From contig CALWPK010000004.1 in NCBI GenBank assembly GCA_944383415.1, positions 44,197 through 108,196 of the forward strand: 64,000 nucleotides of DNA, given 5' to 3'. Both the position numbers and the translations under genes were made by a program. The DNA comes from an uncultured Clostridia bacterium (GTDB taxonomy: Bacteria > Bacillota > Clostridia > Christensenellales > UBA1242). The notes under the pieces were generated by a model. It saw only the letters and a list, made by a program, of their open reading frames with translations, had not been told where the DNA came from and ran no database searches. Below are positions 30,214 through 39,571 of this stretch, in pieces. Within the stretch, counting starts at the first letter, position 1. Every line of letters begins with the position of its first letter.

Positions 30214-30352
30214 ACATTTATTTCTGTTTTTCACATCATATTTCTGCAGTTAGACTATATATGGAGAGAAAATTTATATAATTTCCAGAAATTGTCAACG
30301 AAAATATTGCGTAATTGAATGTATTTTAGTTTTAATAGCATAAAATATAAGT

Positions 30353-30556
30353 ATGAACATAGGAAAAATTATTAGAGACTTAAGAAAAGACAAGGGACTG
30401 ACTCAAACTCAATTAGCCGAAAAAATATCCACAACTCAAGACACGATTTCACTTTGGGAATTAGGGAAAAGTTATCCAGACATTATCAATTTAATAAAAC
30501 TGGCAAAATTTTTTAGCGTTTCCACTGACTATATGTTAGGTCTAAAGGAATTTTAA
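30353..30556 (+). CDS. XRE-family helix-turn-helix regulator
   Basis: 67 aa with IRDLRKDKGLTQTQLAEKISTTQDTISLWELGK, a canonical HTH_3. No SD. Confidence 0.85.
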   Translation: MNIGKIIRDLRKDKGLTQTQLAEKISTTQDTISLWELGKSYPDIINLIKLAKFFSVSTDYMLGLKEF

Positions 30557-30603
30557 TTAAAGCACCCAATTTTTTCAAAGCATTCAATAAAATATTGACT
30601 AAC

Positions 30604-30634
30604 AAAAAACTTTCACCGCAGTGAAAGTTTTTTT
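30604..30634 (+). terminator. rho-independent terminator
   Basis: aaactttcac, loop cgca, gtgaaagttt, then a T-run. Confidence 0.8.
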
Positions 30635-30932
30635 AATCTATAAATTATTGAACATCTGCATTTAATTCAAATCTCCATTCTACTCTCACCTTAAGAATAA
30701 CAGGTTAAAAATTATTTTCGCCGACATATTCATATAATTCATATACACTTACGTAGAAAAGGGTTGAATCAATATTTTATCATACGCTTCATCCCTTCTG
30801 ACTATATCTGTGGTTTCAATCAAATAATATCGCGCCCCTCCCCCTATTCTTATTTAATTTTTATAATTACATAAATAATTAAACCGAATGTATAAGGCGG
30901 GAAATAACACAATTTAAAGGGGTATTTCCAAT

Positions 30933-31043
30933 ATGTATGACGATAAGCCCAAAATACTTGCGTTTATTGAATATTGCATTGCAACGCATGACATAGAACT
31001 TTTAAATCAATTAATCGCATTATTAGACAAAAACAAGTGCTAA
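30933..31043 (+). CDS. possible 36-aa small protein
   Basis: MYDDKPKILAFIEYCIATHDIELLNQLIALLDKNKC, with aaagggg 8 nt upstream. Below the ORF-track length cutoff, with no homology evidence. Confidence 0.2.
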   Translation: MYDDKPKILAFIEYCIATHDIELLNQLIALLDKNKC

Positions 31044-31339
31044 TCAAAAAAGACTGCATAATATTATGAACGCAGAAAATTATTTTTGCGGAGATATGTA
31101 TTTATTATAAATAATAATAAAAAAGAAAAAGTAAGGAGATGTTTTAAATGGAAAAAATTAAATGCGTATTAAACAAAAAAACTCTTAAAGAAACAAAGCG
31201 AGAATGAGTTAATAGCGAAGAAAGTGTCAAGTTGACACCGTTTCTGCTCTTATTGCAGGTATTACGATTGCAGGCAAAGCAGGATTTAAAAAGTATACAA
31301 TTTCCCATTCTAGTCAAGTAACACTCAGATTTGCTAAGT

Positions 31340-31663
31340 TTATTAATATATTTAGCAAAAAAGATTAATAAAAAAATAATTATATATTTTACTAAATTTT
31401 TAAAAATTCAATCTAATCAAAATTAAATAATAAAATAATTAAAAATAATAAAAAGTAATATTAAAAAATTATTAATTAAAAAAATAAATAAATATATGTG
31501 AAAAACTATTAAATTTTATATATTTTTTATTAATTTTTTGATTTTTTATTATTTTTTTGAATAATTATAAATATTTTTTGATATTTTTTAAAAAATATTA
31601 TTTTAATTTTATAAATATTTTTTAATAATTTTTTTATAAATTCTTCAACAAATTTACGAATTT
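31340..31663. repeat. A/T island 2 (A-rich left half, phased T-tracts in the right half)
   Basis: Nearly G/C-free. T5-T7 runs start at 31524, 31534, 31542, 31552, 31574 and 31584. Confidence 0.8.
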
Positions 31664-31705
31664 AAAAAATGCATTGAAAATGAATTAATCCCAATGCATT
31701 TTTTA
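31664..31705 (-). terminator. rho-independent terminator
   Basis: aaaaatgcattg (31665-31676) pairs with caatgcattttt (31692-31703). It lies directly after the minus-strand stop at 31708. Confidence 0.7.
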
Positions 31706-31707
31706 TT

Positions 31708-32913
31708 TTATTCTGTCTGTGCGACATCTGGCCAAGTTCGATTTTCTTTGAACCAATCTGTGTCTTTTAAAATCGTATTGTTGTTTGAGCAATTGACTCC
31801 TATAGTCGTTTGTGTAGATGTGATGACAATATTTCCATTGAACGATGTAAATTCATCATTTTTGTAATCAACACACAAAGTGGTCACATAGATTTTATCT
31901 GTATGTTTTGCTACCCTATTTATAAATTCTTGAGTAGGGAATTGATTGTCTTTTGTATCAGTATATTCGCTACTACCGGCACAACAACACACGCATACAA
32001 CCTGCGGGCTGATCACATCCAACAGAGCATCGCTAGAAGAAGTTTTGCTCCCGTGATGTCCCGCTTTGTATAGATACACTTCGGGCAACTCATTGTTTTC
32101 TACCAAAGAAATTTCTCCATCTTCCTCCAAATCTCCAGTGAACAAGAAATTGCGTTCGCCGTGACTAAACATTACACACACCGAATAATCATTTTCGCTA
32201 CTGGCTTTTTCAACATAAAATTCTTGATATAAAATTTGAAATGAAATATCGTTTGCACTATCCAAGACATATTCTCTCTGTGCATCTGCCACTCTTCCAT
32301 CTGCCTGCTCCACATCTTGTGCATTTTCCCAACATTGAAGTGCTGTAAAATGATTGGCTCCCTCTTCTACTTCGGCATTCAATTCTCTAAGATAATTTTG
32401 ATACACAGTACCTGTCGTTTGATTTGTGTTTGAAAAATCTATGATCGTCTCGCATTTATACAAATCAAATATGCTTTTGACTTTTGCGCTAGTCGCAAAA
32501 CCTGCATAGTGATCTTGATGTGCGTGAGTGACAATTACAAATTCAAGAGTGTTATCTGCCACGAAATTATTTAGATATGTGCTGACCGTGTCGACACTGT
32601 TTGATCTCGAACCACAATCTATCAAAATATCAATATTTTCACCAACTTTAATATATGTACAATCTCCCGTATATTTATTCCCCAATTCAAGAAAATGAAT
32701 TGACATACTGCCCTCTTCTATCACTACTGGGACAATGTCAACTTCCAATTCTTCATTATATGAATAAAAAGTTTCTTCACCGACAAGCAACTCCTCGTTG
32801 TATGGAAGATTAGAGTATGTGAACCCGATTCCTCCACCGATGAAACCTAAAATTAAAGCCAATATGCAAAACACGATTATCGTTACCTTTGATTTGCTTT
32901 TGTTCTTCGCCAT
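31708..32913 (-). CDS. membrane-anchored extracytoplasmic MBL-fold hydrolase (ComEC C-terminal-domain-like)
   Basis: N-terminal TM segment, VTHAHQDHYAG (HxHxDH), and AGHHGSKTSSS as in ComEC/Rec2 MBL domains. No competence channel domain. Confidence 0.75.
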   Translation of the reverse strand: MAKNKSKSKVTIIVFCILALILGFIGGGIGFTYSNLPYNEELLVGEETFYSYNEELEVDIVPVVIEEGSMSIHFLELGNKYTGDCTYIKVGENIDILIDCGSRSNSVDTVSTYLNNFVADNTLEFVIVTHAHQDHYAGFATSAKVKSIFDLYKCETIIDFSNTNQTTGTVYQNYLRELNAEVEEGANHFTALQCWENAQDVEQADGRVADAQREYVLDSANDISFQILYQEFYVEKASSENDYSVCVMFSHGERNFLFTGDLEEDGEISLVENNELPEVYLYKAGHHGSKTSSSDALLDVISPQVVCVCCCAGSSEYTDTKDNQFPTQEFINRVAKHTDKIYVTTLCVDYKNDEFTSFNGNIVITSTQTTIGVNCSNNNTILKDTDWFKENRTWPDVAQTE

Positions 32914-32924
32914 AGACCCCTCCT

Positions 32925-33416
32925 TTAATCCACCACCACGTCATCTTCGCTCGCTTCTACGAAAGTGATCAATCTGATTCGTTGAATGGTGAAAAGTTTA
33001 TCATATTTGATATCGTCCACTTTGTAGACAATATAATACGTGCCTACTTCGTCCGCATAAAATTCACCCTGCTCATTCATTTGCAAATTTGTTTCAATAT
33101 ATACTTGATCAGAGATATCGCGACCAAAAGACACCACATATATGCCGTCATCAACATACGTTTCTCCTATCATTAGAGTGATTTCATCTTTTCCCAATAG
33201 ATTGAAACAATCATTTCTGGTAAAATATTTCAGAGTAAAAATTCCACCAACCACACCAATTAAGAGTAAACAAACCACCGCGATGATTCCGCCTGTACCG
33301 ATCTTTTTGAGATTCTTCTTCGCCGAACGTTTCGTAGATTTTGTAGAACTTTCATCCACGTCAAAATTGAATTTTGCCTTTGTCTTGACTTTGCTAGCCG
33401 TCTTTCTTTTCGCCAT
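32925..33416 (-). CDS. membrane-anchored protein with Ig-like (DUF5011-like) domain
   Basis: Lys-rich N-terminus, one TM segment, then ITLMIGETYVDDGIYV..GTYYIVYKVDD. Confidence 0.45.
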   Translation of the reverse strand: MAKRKTASKVKTKAKFNFDVDESSTKSTKRSAKKNLKKIGTGGIIAVVCLLLIGVVGGIFTLKYFTRNDCFNLLGKDEITLMIGETYVDDGIYVVSFGRDISDQVYIETNLQMNEQGEFYADEVGTYYIVYKVDDIKYDKLFTIQRIRLITFVEASEDDVVVD

Positions 33417-33736
33417 ATTTCCCCCTAAACTGATTTAATTATATCATAAATAATAAATTTTCTAAAGAAAAATACATAAAATCATAAAAATAATATTTTT
33501 TACTAATAAATTCTTTGATATCTCATCATTTGTTTTTTATAGAATCATAAAAATTTTAATGTCGGGTTTTACAATTGAAAACAATTTTTTCCTATATATT
33601 TATATCTATTTACAGCAACTTGATAATATAAACAAAAGTAATTAAAGGCATAAAAAGCAAAAAACAAAATACCAAAATAGATATTTTGTTTTCGCTTCAA
33701 TACAATATAAGTTTAAAAGAAATACTATCTCCTATA

Positions 33737-35170
33737 TTATTTCAAAATATTCTTTAATGTAATCGTTTTTGTTTTCGTCACTTGATCAAAAGTAGACATT
33801 ACACCTTCTGTACCTATACCAGAAATTTTATAACCGCCAAATGGCATTTCAAAACTTCTATGGAAACTTGCACCATTGATTACGCATCCACCTGCTTGCA
33901 TCTTAGACGCTATTTTAAACGCTTTATTCATATTGCGCGTGAACACACAACTACCAAGCCCATAATTAGACTGATTGGCAACCTCGATTGCCTCTTCCTC
34001 GTTATTTACAGGGATAATACTCACAACTGGTCCAAAAATCTCATCATCCATAGCGACATCGGCAGTCTTAGGGATATCTGTTATGACAGTAGGATAATAG
34101 AATGCGCCTTGCATTTTGCCCCCATAAATAAGTCTTCCGCCCTGTGCTATCACATTCTTCACCTGTCGATTTACTTTTTCTGCTGCCTCTTTGGTGACAA
34201 GCGTGCCTATATCCGTCTTTTTGTCCAAAGGATTGCCAACGACTAATTGTTTAAGTCTTGTGATAGTTTTTTCTTCAAATTCTTTCAAAACTTTTTTATT
34301 CACAATGAAACGTTTGCTTGCCACACATACTTGACCTGCATTATACATTCTTCCCCAAACGATCTCTTCCACTGCAAGATCGATATCTGCATCGTCTAAT
34401 ACTATAAAAGCATCATTAGCACCCAATTCTAATGTAACGTGTGCTAGATGAGTAGCACCATTTTGGTAAACTGCTTTCCCAGTTGCAACTGATCCTGTGA
34501 ATGTAATGCCGTGAACATCTGGGTTCAGTCCTAAAGCATTGCCCACTCTTGCTCCACCCGTCAACACTTGCACCACTCCATTAGGAACACCTGCTCCATG
34601 CATTAATGCTACGATTTTTATAATAGTTGAAGGATTTTGATGCGGTGGTTTTACGATAACTGCATTTCCTGCCAAAATTGCCGGAGCTATCTTTTGGTCA
34701 AATAAATCAATAGGCAAATTAAATGGTATAATTGCAGCCATCACTCCCAAAGGTTCACGCACAGTAATTTGAATTGTATTATCTTGACCTGCTTCTGTAC
34801 CAGCAGGAATTACATTGCCATAAATATGTTTAGCCTTTTCCATAAAGGCTTCGAACGCAATGCGGACATTATCTATCTCTGCATATGATTGTGTAATAGG
34901 TTTTCCTGTCTCAATACATAAAGTCTTAGCTAAATCGGTTCTATTCTCATCAACTAAGTCTAAAAATTTCTTCAAAATTTCCACTTTTTTATATACAGGA
35001 ATTAGTGCCCATTTTACTTGTGCTTTCTTTGCATATTCAACCGCGCGTTTCACATCTTTTTCACTTGAATCTGGCACTGTATCCACTACTTTGCCCGTGT
35101 ATGGATTGATTATGTTCATAGTCTTTTTATCGCTTGAATCTGCCCATTTACCATTAATTATATTTTGCAT
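33737..35170 (-). CDS. NAD(P)-dependent aldehyde dehydrogenase
   Basis: 477 aa with LELGANDA and GQVCVASKR (catalytic Cys) motifs. SD gggggaag. Confidence 0.9.
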   Translation of the reverse strand: MQNIINGKWADSSDKKTMNIINPYTGKVVDTVPDSSEKDVKRAVEYAKKAQVKWALIPVYKKVEILKKFLDLVDENRTDLAKTLCIETGKPITQSYAEIDNVRIAFEAFMEKAKHIYGNVIPAGTEAGQDNTIQITVREPLGVMAAIIPFNLPIDLFDQKIAPAILAGNAVIVKPPHQNPSTIIKIVALMHGAGVPNGVVQVLTGGARVGNALGLNPDVHGITFTGSVATGKAVYQNGATHLAHVTLELGANDAFIVLDDADIDLAVEEIVWGRMYNAGQVCVASKRFIVNKKVLKEFEEKTITRLKQLVVGNPLDKKTDIGTLVTKEAAEKVNRQVKNVIAQGGRLIYGGKMQGAFYYPTVITDIPKTADVAMDDEIFGPVVSIIPVNNEEEAIEVANQSNYGLGSCVFTRNMNKAFKIASKMQAGGCVINGASFHRSFEMPFGGYKISGIGTEGVMSTFDQVTKTKTITLKNILK

Positions 35171-35181
35171 ACTCTTCCCCC

Positions 35182-36351
35182 TTATTTTGTGAATGCAGTG
35201 AATGAAAGCATCAAACCACCAGTAGTATTTCGTCCATCGTCCACGAATCCATATTCTCCAAATGTGAATTCCATAATAAATGGTGCACCATTGACATTCT
35301 TCTTAATTTCTTCATAGACCTCATTGATCCTACTATCAATACCCGCTCTTCTTCCTCCACAATGAACGAGGTGATAGCAAATCACAGGCTTAGTGAGTTT
35401 TTTATTCAACTCTTTTAAAGTTTTGCCAACAGATGAAATAAGTTCATCAACGGTTGCTTCCATTCTAATCACTGTCGTACCTTCCGCAAGGTTCGCTCCG
35501 ATATTCATAGAATAATCATCATTCGCAAACATTGGATGTCTGATGGCTATCAAATCACCTAATCTATCTTTAACTCCGAGCGGACTAGTAATAGTAGCAG
35601 AAAGCAATTTATCTCCCATCAATTCACTTGGTTTCATCTCTCTCCACTTAGCATATTTCTTCACCGCAGGCGTTCCATCAATTGATACCAATCTTCTAGT
35701 TCCTTCCACTTTCGTGATAATTCCCATATCTTTGGTCTCACGATAGGCTCCGGTAAATTCGTTTACGAATCCACCTTTCATATAAATTAATGCGACAGCC
35801 ACTCCTTCACTTGTCGCTTTGTTATCTAGATACAAACTCCAATTACCGCTGATAGTATTATCCGCAGCAGAGCCTCCAAATAGTGGAACACGGCCAACAA
35901 CACGATTGGCACCTTTCAAGAAAAACTCTTCTTCTGTTGGACTTGCTGTCATATACATCAAATCTGGTTCATCACTATACGGCATACCAGTCATAATTCT
36001 TGCAGATTTTGTAGCCGCCTCGCCAGCATCTCGCGCGCTCTGATATGCTTTCCTATCAGCAAAACCTACTCCTACCACCATATTTGGATCGCTGAGCACC
36101 ATTATACCTACAAATGGCTTGTCACCGCCAATGTACCCTTCTGGCATAATCACTCCAGTAAAACTTGTATTACCAATGACTGGGCACGAATAGACTTCTT
36201 TGATACCTTTGATCACGTCTTTGATTTTGTAATCACAACTCATATATGCAAAGACGAGTTTTGCATCCTTACTTTTTCCTGCCATTTTGGCAGCCTCCAA
36301 GCCAGCCTCATACGCCTTTTTGTTTGTACTAAATCCCGTTAATGCTTTCAT
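35182..36351 (-). CDS. standalone FIST-N/FIST-C domain protein
   Basis: 389 aa with FGGSAADN and FTFGEYG..GG motifs typical of FIST_N/FIST_C. No output domain. SD aggagg. Confidence 0.7.
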   Translation of the reverse strand: MKALTGFSTNKKAYEAGLEAAKMAGKSKDAKLVFAYMSCDYKIKDVIKGIKEVYSCPVIGNTSFTGVIMPEGYIGGDKPFVGIMVLSDPNMVVGVGFADRKAYQSARDAGEAATKSARIMTGMPYSDEPDLMYMTASPTEEEFFLKGANRVVGRVPLFGGSAADNTISGNWSLYLDNKATSEGVAVALIYMKGGFVNEFTGAYRETKDMGIITKVEGTRRLVSIDGTPAVKKYAKWREMKPSELMGDKLLSATITSPLGVKDRLGDLIAIRHPMFANDDYSMNIGANLAEGTTVIRMEATVDELISSVGKTLKELNKKLTKPVICYHLVHCGGRRAGIDSRINEVYEEIKKNVNGAPFIMEFTFGEYGFVDDGRNTTGGLMLSFTAFTK

Positions 36352-36368
36352 AAATTTAACCCTCCTTT

Positions 36369-37526
36369 TTACTTAAGCAATGACTTATACAAATTCTTTA
36401 TATCTTTCACACTAGTAGTGCGCGGATTTCCACCAGTGCAGATATCGTTATATGCATCTTCACTCAAAATGTCCAAATCTTTCAATTCAATTCCAAATTC
36501 TGATAGCGAAGTCGGAATATTCAATTCTTTTGCCAATTTTTTCACGGCATTTACAGCCATCTTAACGCATTTGTCATCCGTACATCCTACGGTTTTCAAT
36601 CCGAAACACTCTGCAATCAATCTATATTTCGGTTTCGAATCTGATTCTGCATTATATTTCATAACAGTAGGTAGCAACATCGCATTGGCAACTCCGTGTG
36701 CCACATCAAATCGACCGCCAAGAGGATGAGCCATAGAGTGAACAATGCCTAGCCCAACATTGCTGAATCCCATTCCTACCACATATTGAGCAAACGCCAT
36801 TTTTTCGCGTGCCTCAATATTATTTCCATCTTTGTAAGTAATAGGTAAATATTTAGCAATAGTACGAATTGATTCAAGCGCAAACATATCACTAAATTGT
36901 GTAGCACCCTTACATATCAAACTTTCAATTGCGTGAGTAAGTGCATCCATACCTGTACTGGCAGTCAGCCCCTTTGGCATTGAACTCATAAGTTCCGCAT
37001 CTACTATTGACATAATAGGAATGTCATTAGGATCTACGCATACCATTTTCTTTTTGTTAATAGTATCTGTGATTACATAGTTGATCGTGACCTCTGCAGC
37101 CGTACCACTGGTGGTAGGAATAGCAATGAGAGGGAAAGCCTTATTCTCTGTCTTGACTGCACCCGATAGACTGACCACATCAATGTGTTTTTTATTCGTT
37201 GCGATTATTGACATCGCTTTCGCAGTGTCAATGACACTACCTCCACCTACTGCGATGATTACGTCTGCTCTTGATTTCTTCAACGCACGAAAGCCTGCTT
37301 GCACATTTTCAACAGTTGGATTAGGTTTGATATCATAAAAAATTGAATACTTATATCCACCTCTATCCAATACATCACTTACTTTTTTTGCTACTCCAGT
37401 TTTGAGGATGACATCATCTGTGACCAATAGCACCTTTTTAAACTTTCTATTGCTCAATTCCTCGATCAAGCATTCTCTACTGCCTGCACCTGTGTAGACA
37501 CATTCATTAAAAATATAACGTTCCAT
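36369..37526 (-). CDS. iron-containing (group III) alcohol dehydrogenase
   Basis: Start at the ATG 37526 (MERYIFNECV) with aggagggg upstream. GGGSVIDTAKA and HSMAHPLGG motifs. Confidence 0.9.
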   Translation of the reverse strand: MERYIFNECVYTGAGSRECLIEELSNRKFKKVLLVTDDVILKTGVAKKVSDVLDRGGYKYSIFYDIKPNPTVENVQAGFRALKKSRADVIIAVGGGSVIDTAKAMSIIATNKKHIDVVSLSGAVKTENKAFPLIAIPTTSGTAAEVTINYVITDTINKKKMVCVDPNDIPIMSIVDAELMSSMPKGLTASTGMDALTHAIESLICKGATQFSDMFALESIRTIAKYLPITYKDGNNIEAREKMAFAQYVVGMGFSNVGLGIVHSMAHPLGGRFDVAHGVANAMLLPTVMKYNAESDSKPKYRLIAECFGLKTVGCTDDKCVKMAVNAVKKLAKELNIPTSLSEFGIELKDLDILSEDAYNDICTGGNPRTTSVKDIKNLYKSLLK

Positions 37527-37980
37527 ACCCCTCCTATTTTGTAATATTATAATATATTTTGTCGTAAATGTCATTTGATTTTAAGTATTTTAGAATGAAA
37601 AAAACAAAAATTTTCAAAAAAATTTTGAACTCAAATTCAAAACTCTTAAATAAAAAAATGTATCAAATTATCTAAAAAATTGATATTTTAAATCTCATTA
37701 TCGAATTAATTTTTAAAATTCGTTAGTAAATTATAAATCATAATTTCATATTTTAATTTTTCAAAAAAAACGTACATATATACATACTAAAAATATATAA
37801 AAATTACTAAAATAATTAAAATTTTTGAAATCAAAATAGTGCATTTTTGTTCCACCATTAAATATTGTTTGACAAAAATGTTGACAAACTATATTATAAT
37901 ACTATATTTTAAGTTTTGAAATTTATTTTTTATATTTAAAATCTTAATGAATTTGAATTTAAAGAATTTTTAGGAGATTT

Positions 37981-38790
37981 ATGACCACGCTTAAACAATG
38001 GACGAAGAACAGAAATATTGTTCACGAACTTATACGCAAAAATGTCAAGACTCAATATAGGAATTCTGTATTGGGTATTTTTTGGTCGGTTTTGAATCCT
38101 CTACTTAATATGCTAGTTATGTGGATGGTGTTTAGCCAATTTTTCGGTAGAAATGATCCTCTCTATCCTATATATTTGTTGACAGGTAATGTTTTATTTC
38201 AATTTTTACGCTCGTCTACTACAGTTTCTATGACTTCAATCGTCAACAATCGCGGACTGATCACCAAAGTGAAAATTGATCAATATTTATTCCCATTATC
38301 TTCCACCCTAACCTCTTTGGTCAACTTCGCCTTCTCTTTGATATCTCTATTGATCATTATGCTATGTATGCAATTGTTCGGTGGCTATGCATTATACGGA
38401 TATCAAATCTTGTTTATGCTTTTGATGTTGCCAGCATTCTTGCTTTTCCAGTATGGTATTTCGCTATTCTTATCTGTGCTATATGTATTTTTTAGAGACA
38501 TCAAGCATCTGTACAACGTATTCCTCACTCTGTGGACATACATCACACCGGTTTTCTATAAAATTGATAATATAGATCCGGGCTCAATAGCATATAAAGT
38601 GCTTAGACTAAATCCTATGTACTACTTCTTGTCATACTTTAGAGATTCGGTATATCTCCTATGTAATTCGGGTGGAGGAGTGCCATCTTGGAAAATCTTG
38701 GGATTTTTGTACCTCTTAGGTCTTATAAGCATTGCGATCGGCTACGCTATTTATTTACCGCTTAAGAATAAAACAATAAATTATGTATAG
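37981..38790 (+). CDS. ABC-2 type polysaccharide/teichoic-acid export permease (TagG/Wzm-like)
   Basis: 269 aa, six predicted TM segments, with the N-terminal YRNSVLGIFWSVLNPLL signature. Confidence 0.85.
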   Translation: MTTLKQWTKNRNIVHELIRKNVKTQYRNSVLGIFWSVLNPLLNMLVMWMVFSQFFGRNDPLYPIYLLTGNVLFQFLRSSTTVSMTSIVNNRGLITKVKIDQYLFPLSSTLTSLVNFAFSLISLLIIMLCMQLFGGYALYGYQILFMLLMLPAFLLFQYGISLFLSVLYVFFRDIKHLYNVFLTLWTYITPVFYKIDNIDPGSIAYKVLRLNPMYYFLSYFRDSVYLLCNSGGGVPSWKILGFLYLLGLISIAIGYAIYLPLKNKTINYV

Positions 38791-39570
38791 GTGATTATGG
38801 AAGAAAAAAATTCAGAAAATACAGAATATCTATTAAAAATTGAAAATTTGAATATGAAATTTAGGATGCCAACGCTAAAATTTGACACATTGAAAGAGAG
38901 AGTGGTCAATTTTTTCAAGGGCAAAAAAAATCCCAAAAAGGAATTGCAAGTCCTTGAAAATGTTAATTGCGAAATCAAGCGAGGTGAATCTTTAGGAGTA
39001 ATTGGTCATAATGGAGCAGGAAAATCCACTCTTCTAAAAATCGTGGCAGGAATTTATCGTCCTACATCTGGAAAAGTCGATCTAAAGGGCAATGTCGTCT
39101 TGCTAAACTTAGGTGCAGGATTTGATATGGAAGCAAGCGCGGAAGAAAATGTTTATCTCAATGGCGCAATACTCGGTTTCAGCAGAAAACAGATGAAGAA
39201 GAGATTTGATTCGATCATTGAATTTGCGGAGTTGCAGGATTTCGTGAAAATGCCACTCAAGAATTTTTCTTCAGGTATGATATCAAGGCTCGGTTTCGCT
39301 ATAGCAATCGATGTTCACCCCGATCTATTGCTAGTAGATGAAGTGCTATCTGTAGGGGATGCAAATTTCCAGAAAAAATGTATAGAAAAAATCAATTCAA
39401 TGAAAGAAAAGGGCGTATCGTTTATGTTCGTGTCTCACAACATTACACAAGTCAAAAACCTCTGTGAAAAGACTCTTTGGATAGAAAATTCAAAGATCAA
39501 AGGATACGGTCCTAGCGAACAGGTCTGTAAAGAATACACCGAATATTGCAACAGCATTCAAAAAAAATAG
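38791..39570 (+). CDS. ABC transporter ATP-binding protein (TagH/Wzt-like)
   Basis: GHNGAGKSTLLK, FSSGMISRLGFA, and LLLVDEVLSVGD motifs. Confidence 0.9.
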   Translation: MIMEEKNSENTEYLLKIENLNMKFRMPTLKFDTLKERVVNFFKGKKNPKKELQVLENVNCEIKRGESLGVIGHNGAGKSTLLKIVAGIYRPTSGKVDLKGNVVLLNLGAGFDMEASAEENVYLNGAILGFSRKQMKKRFDSIIEFAELQDFVKMPLKNFSSGMISRLGFAIAIDVHPDLLLVDEVLSVGDANFQKKCIEKINSMKEKGVSFMFVSHNITQVKNLCEKTLWIENSKIKGYGPSEQVCKEYTEYCNSIQKK

Positions 39571-39571
39571 T

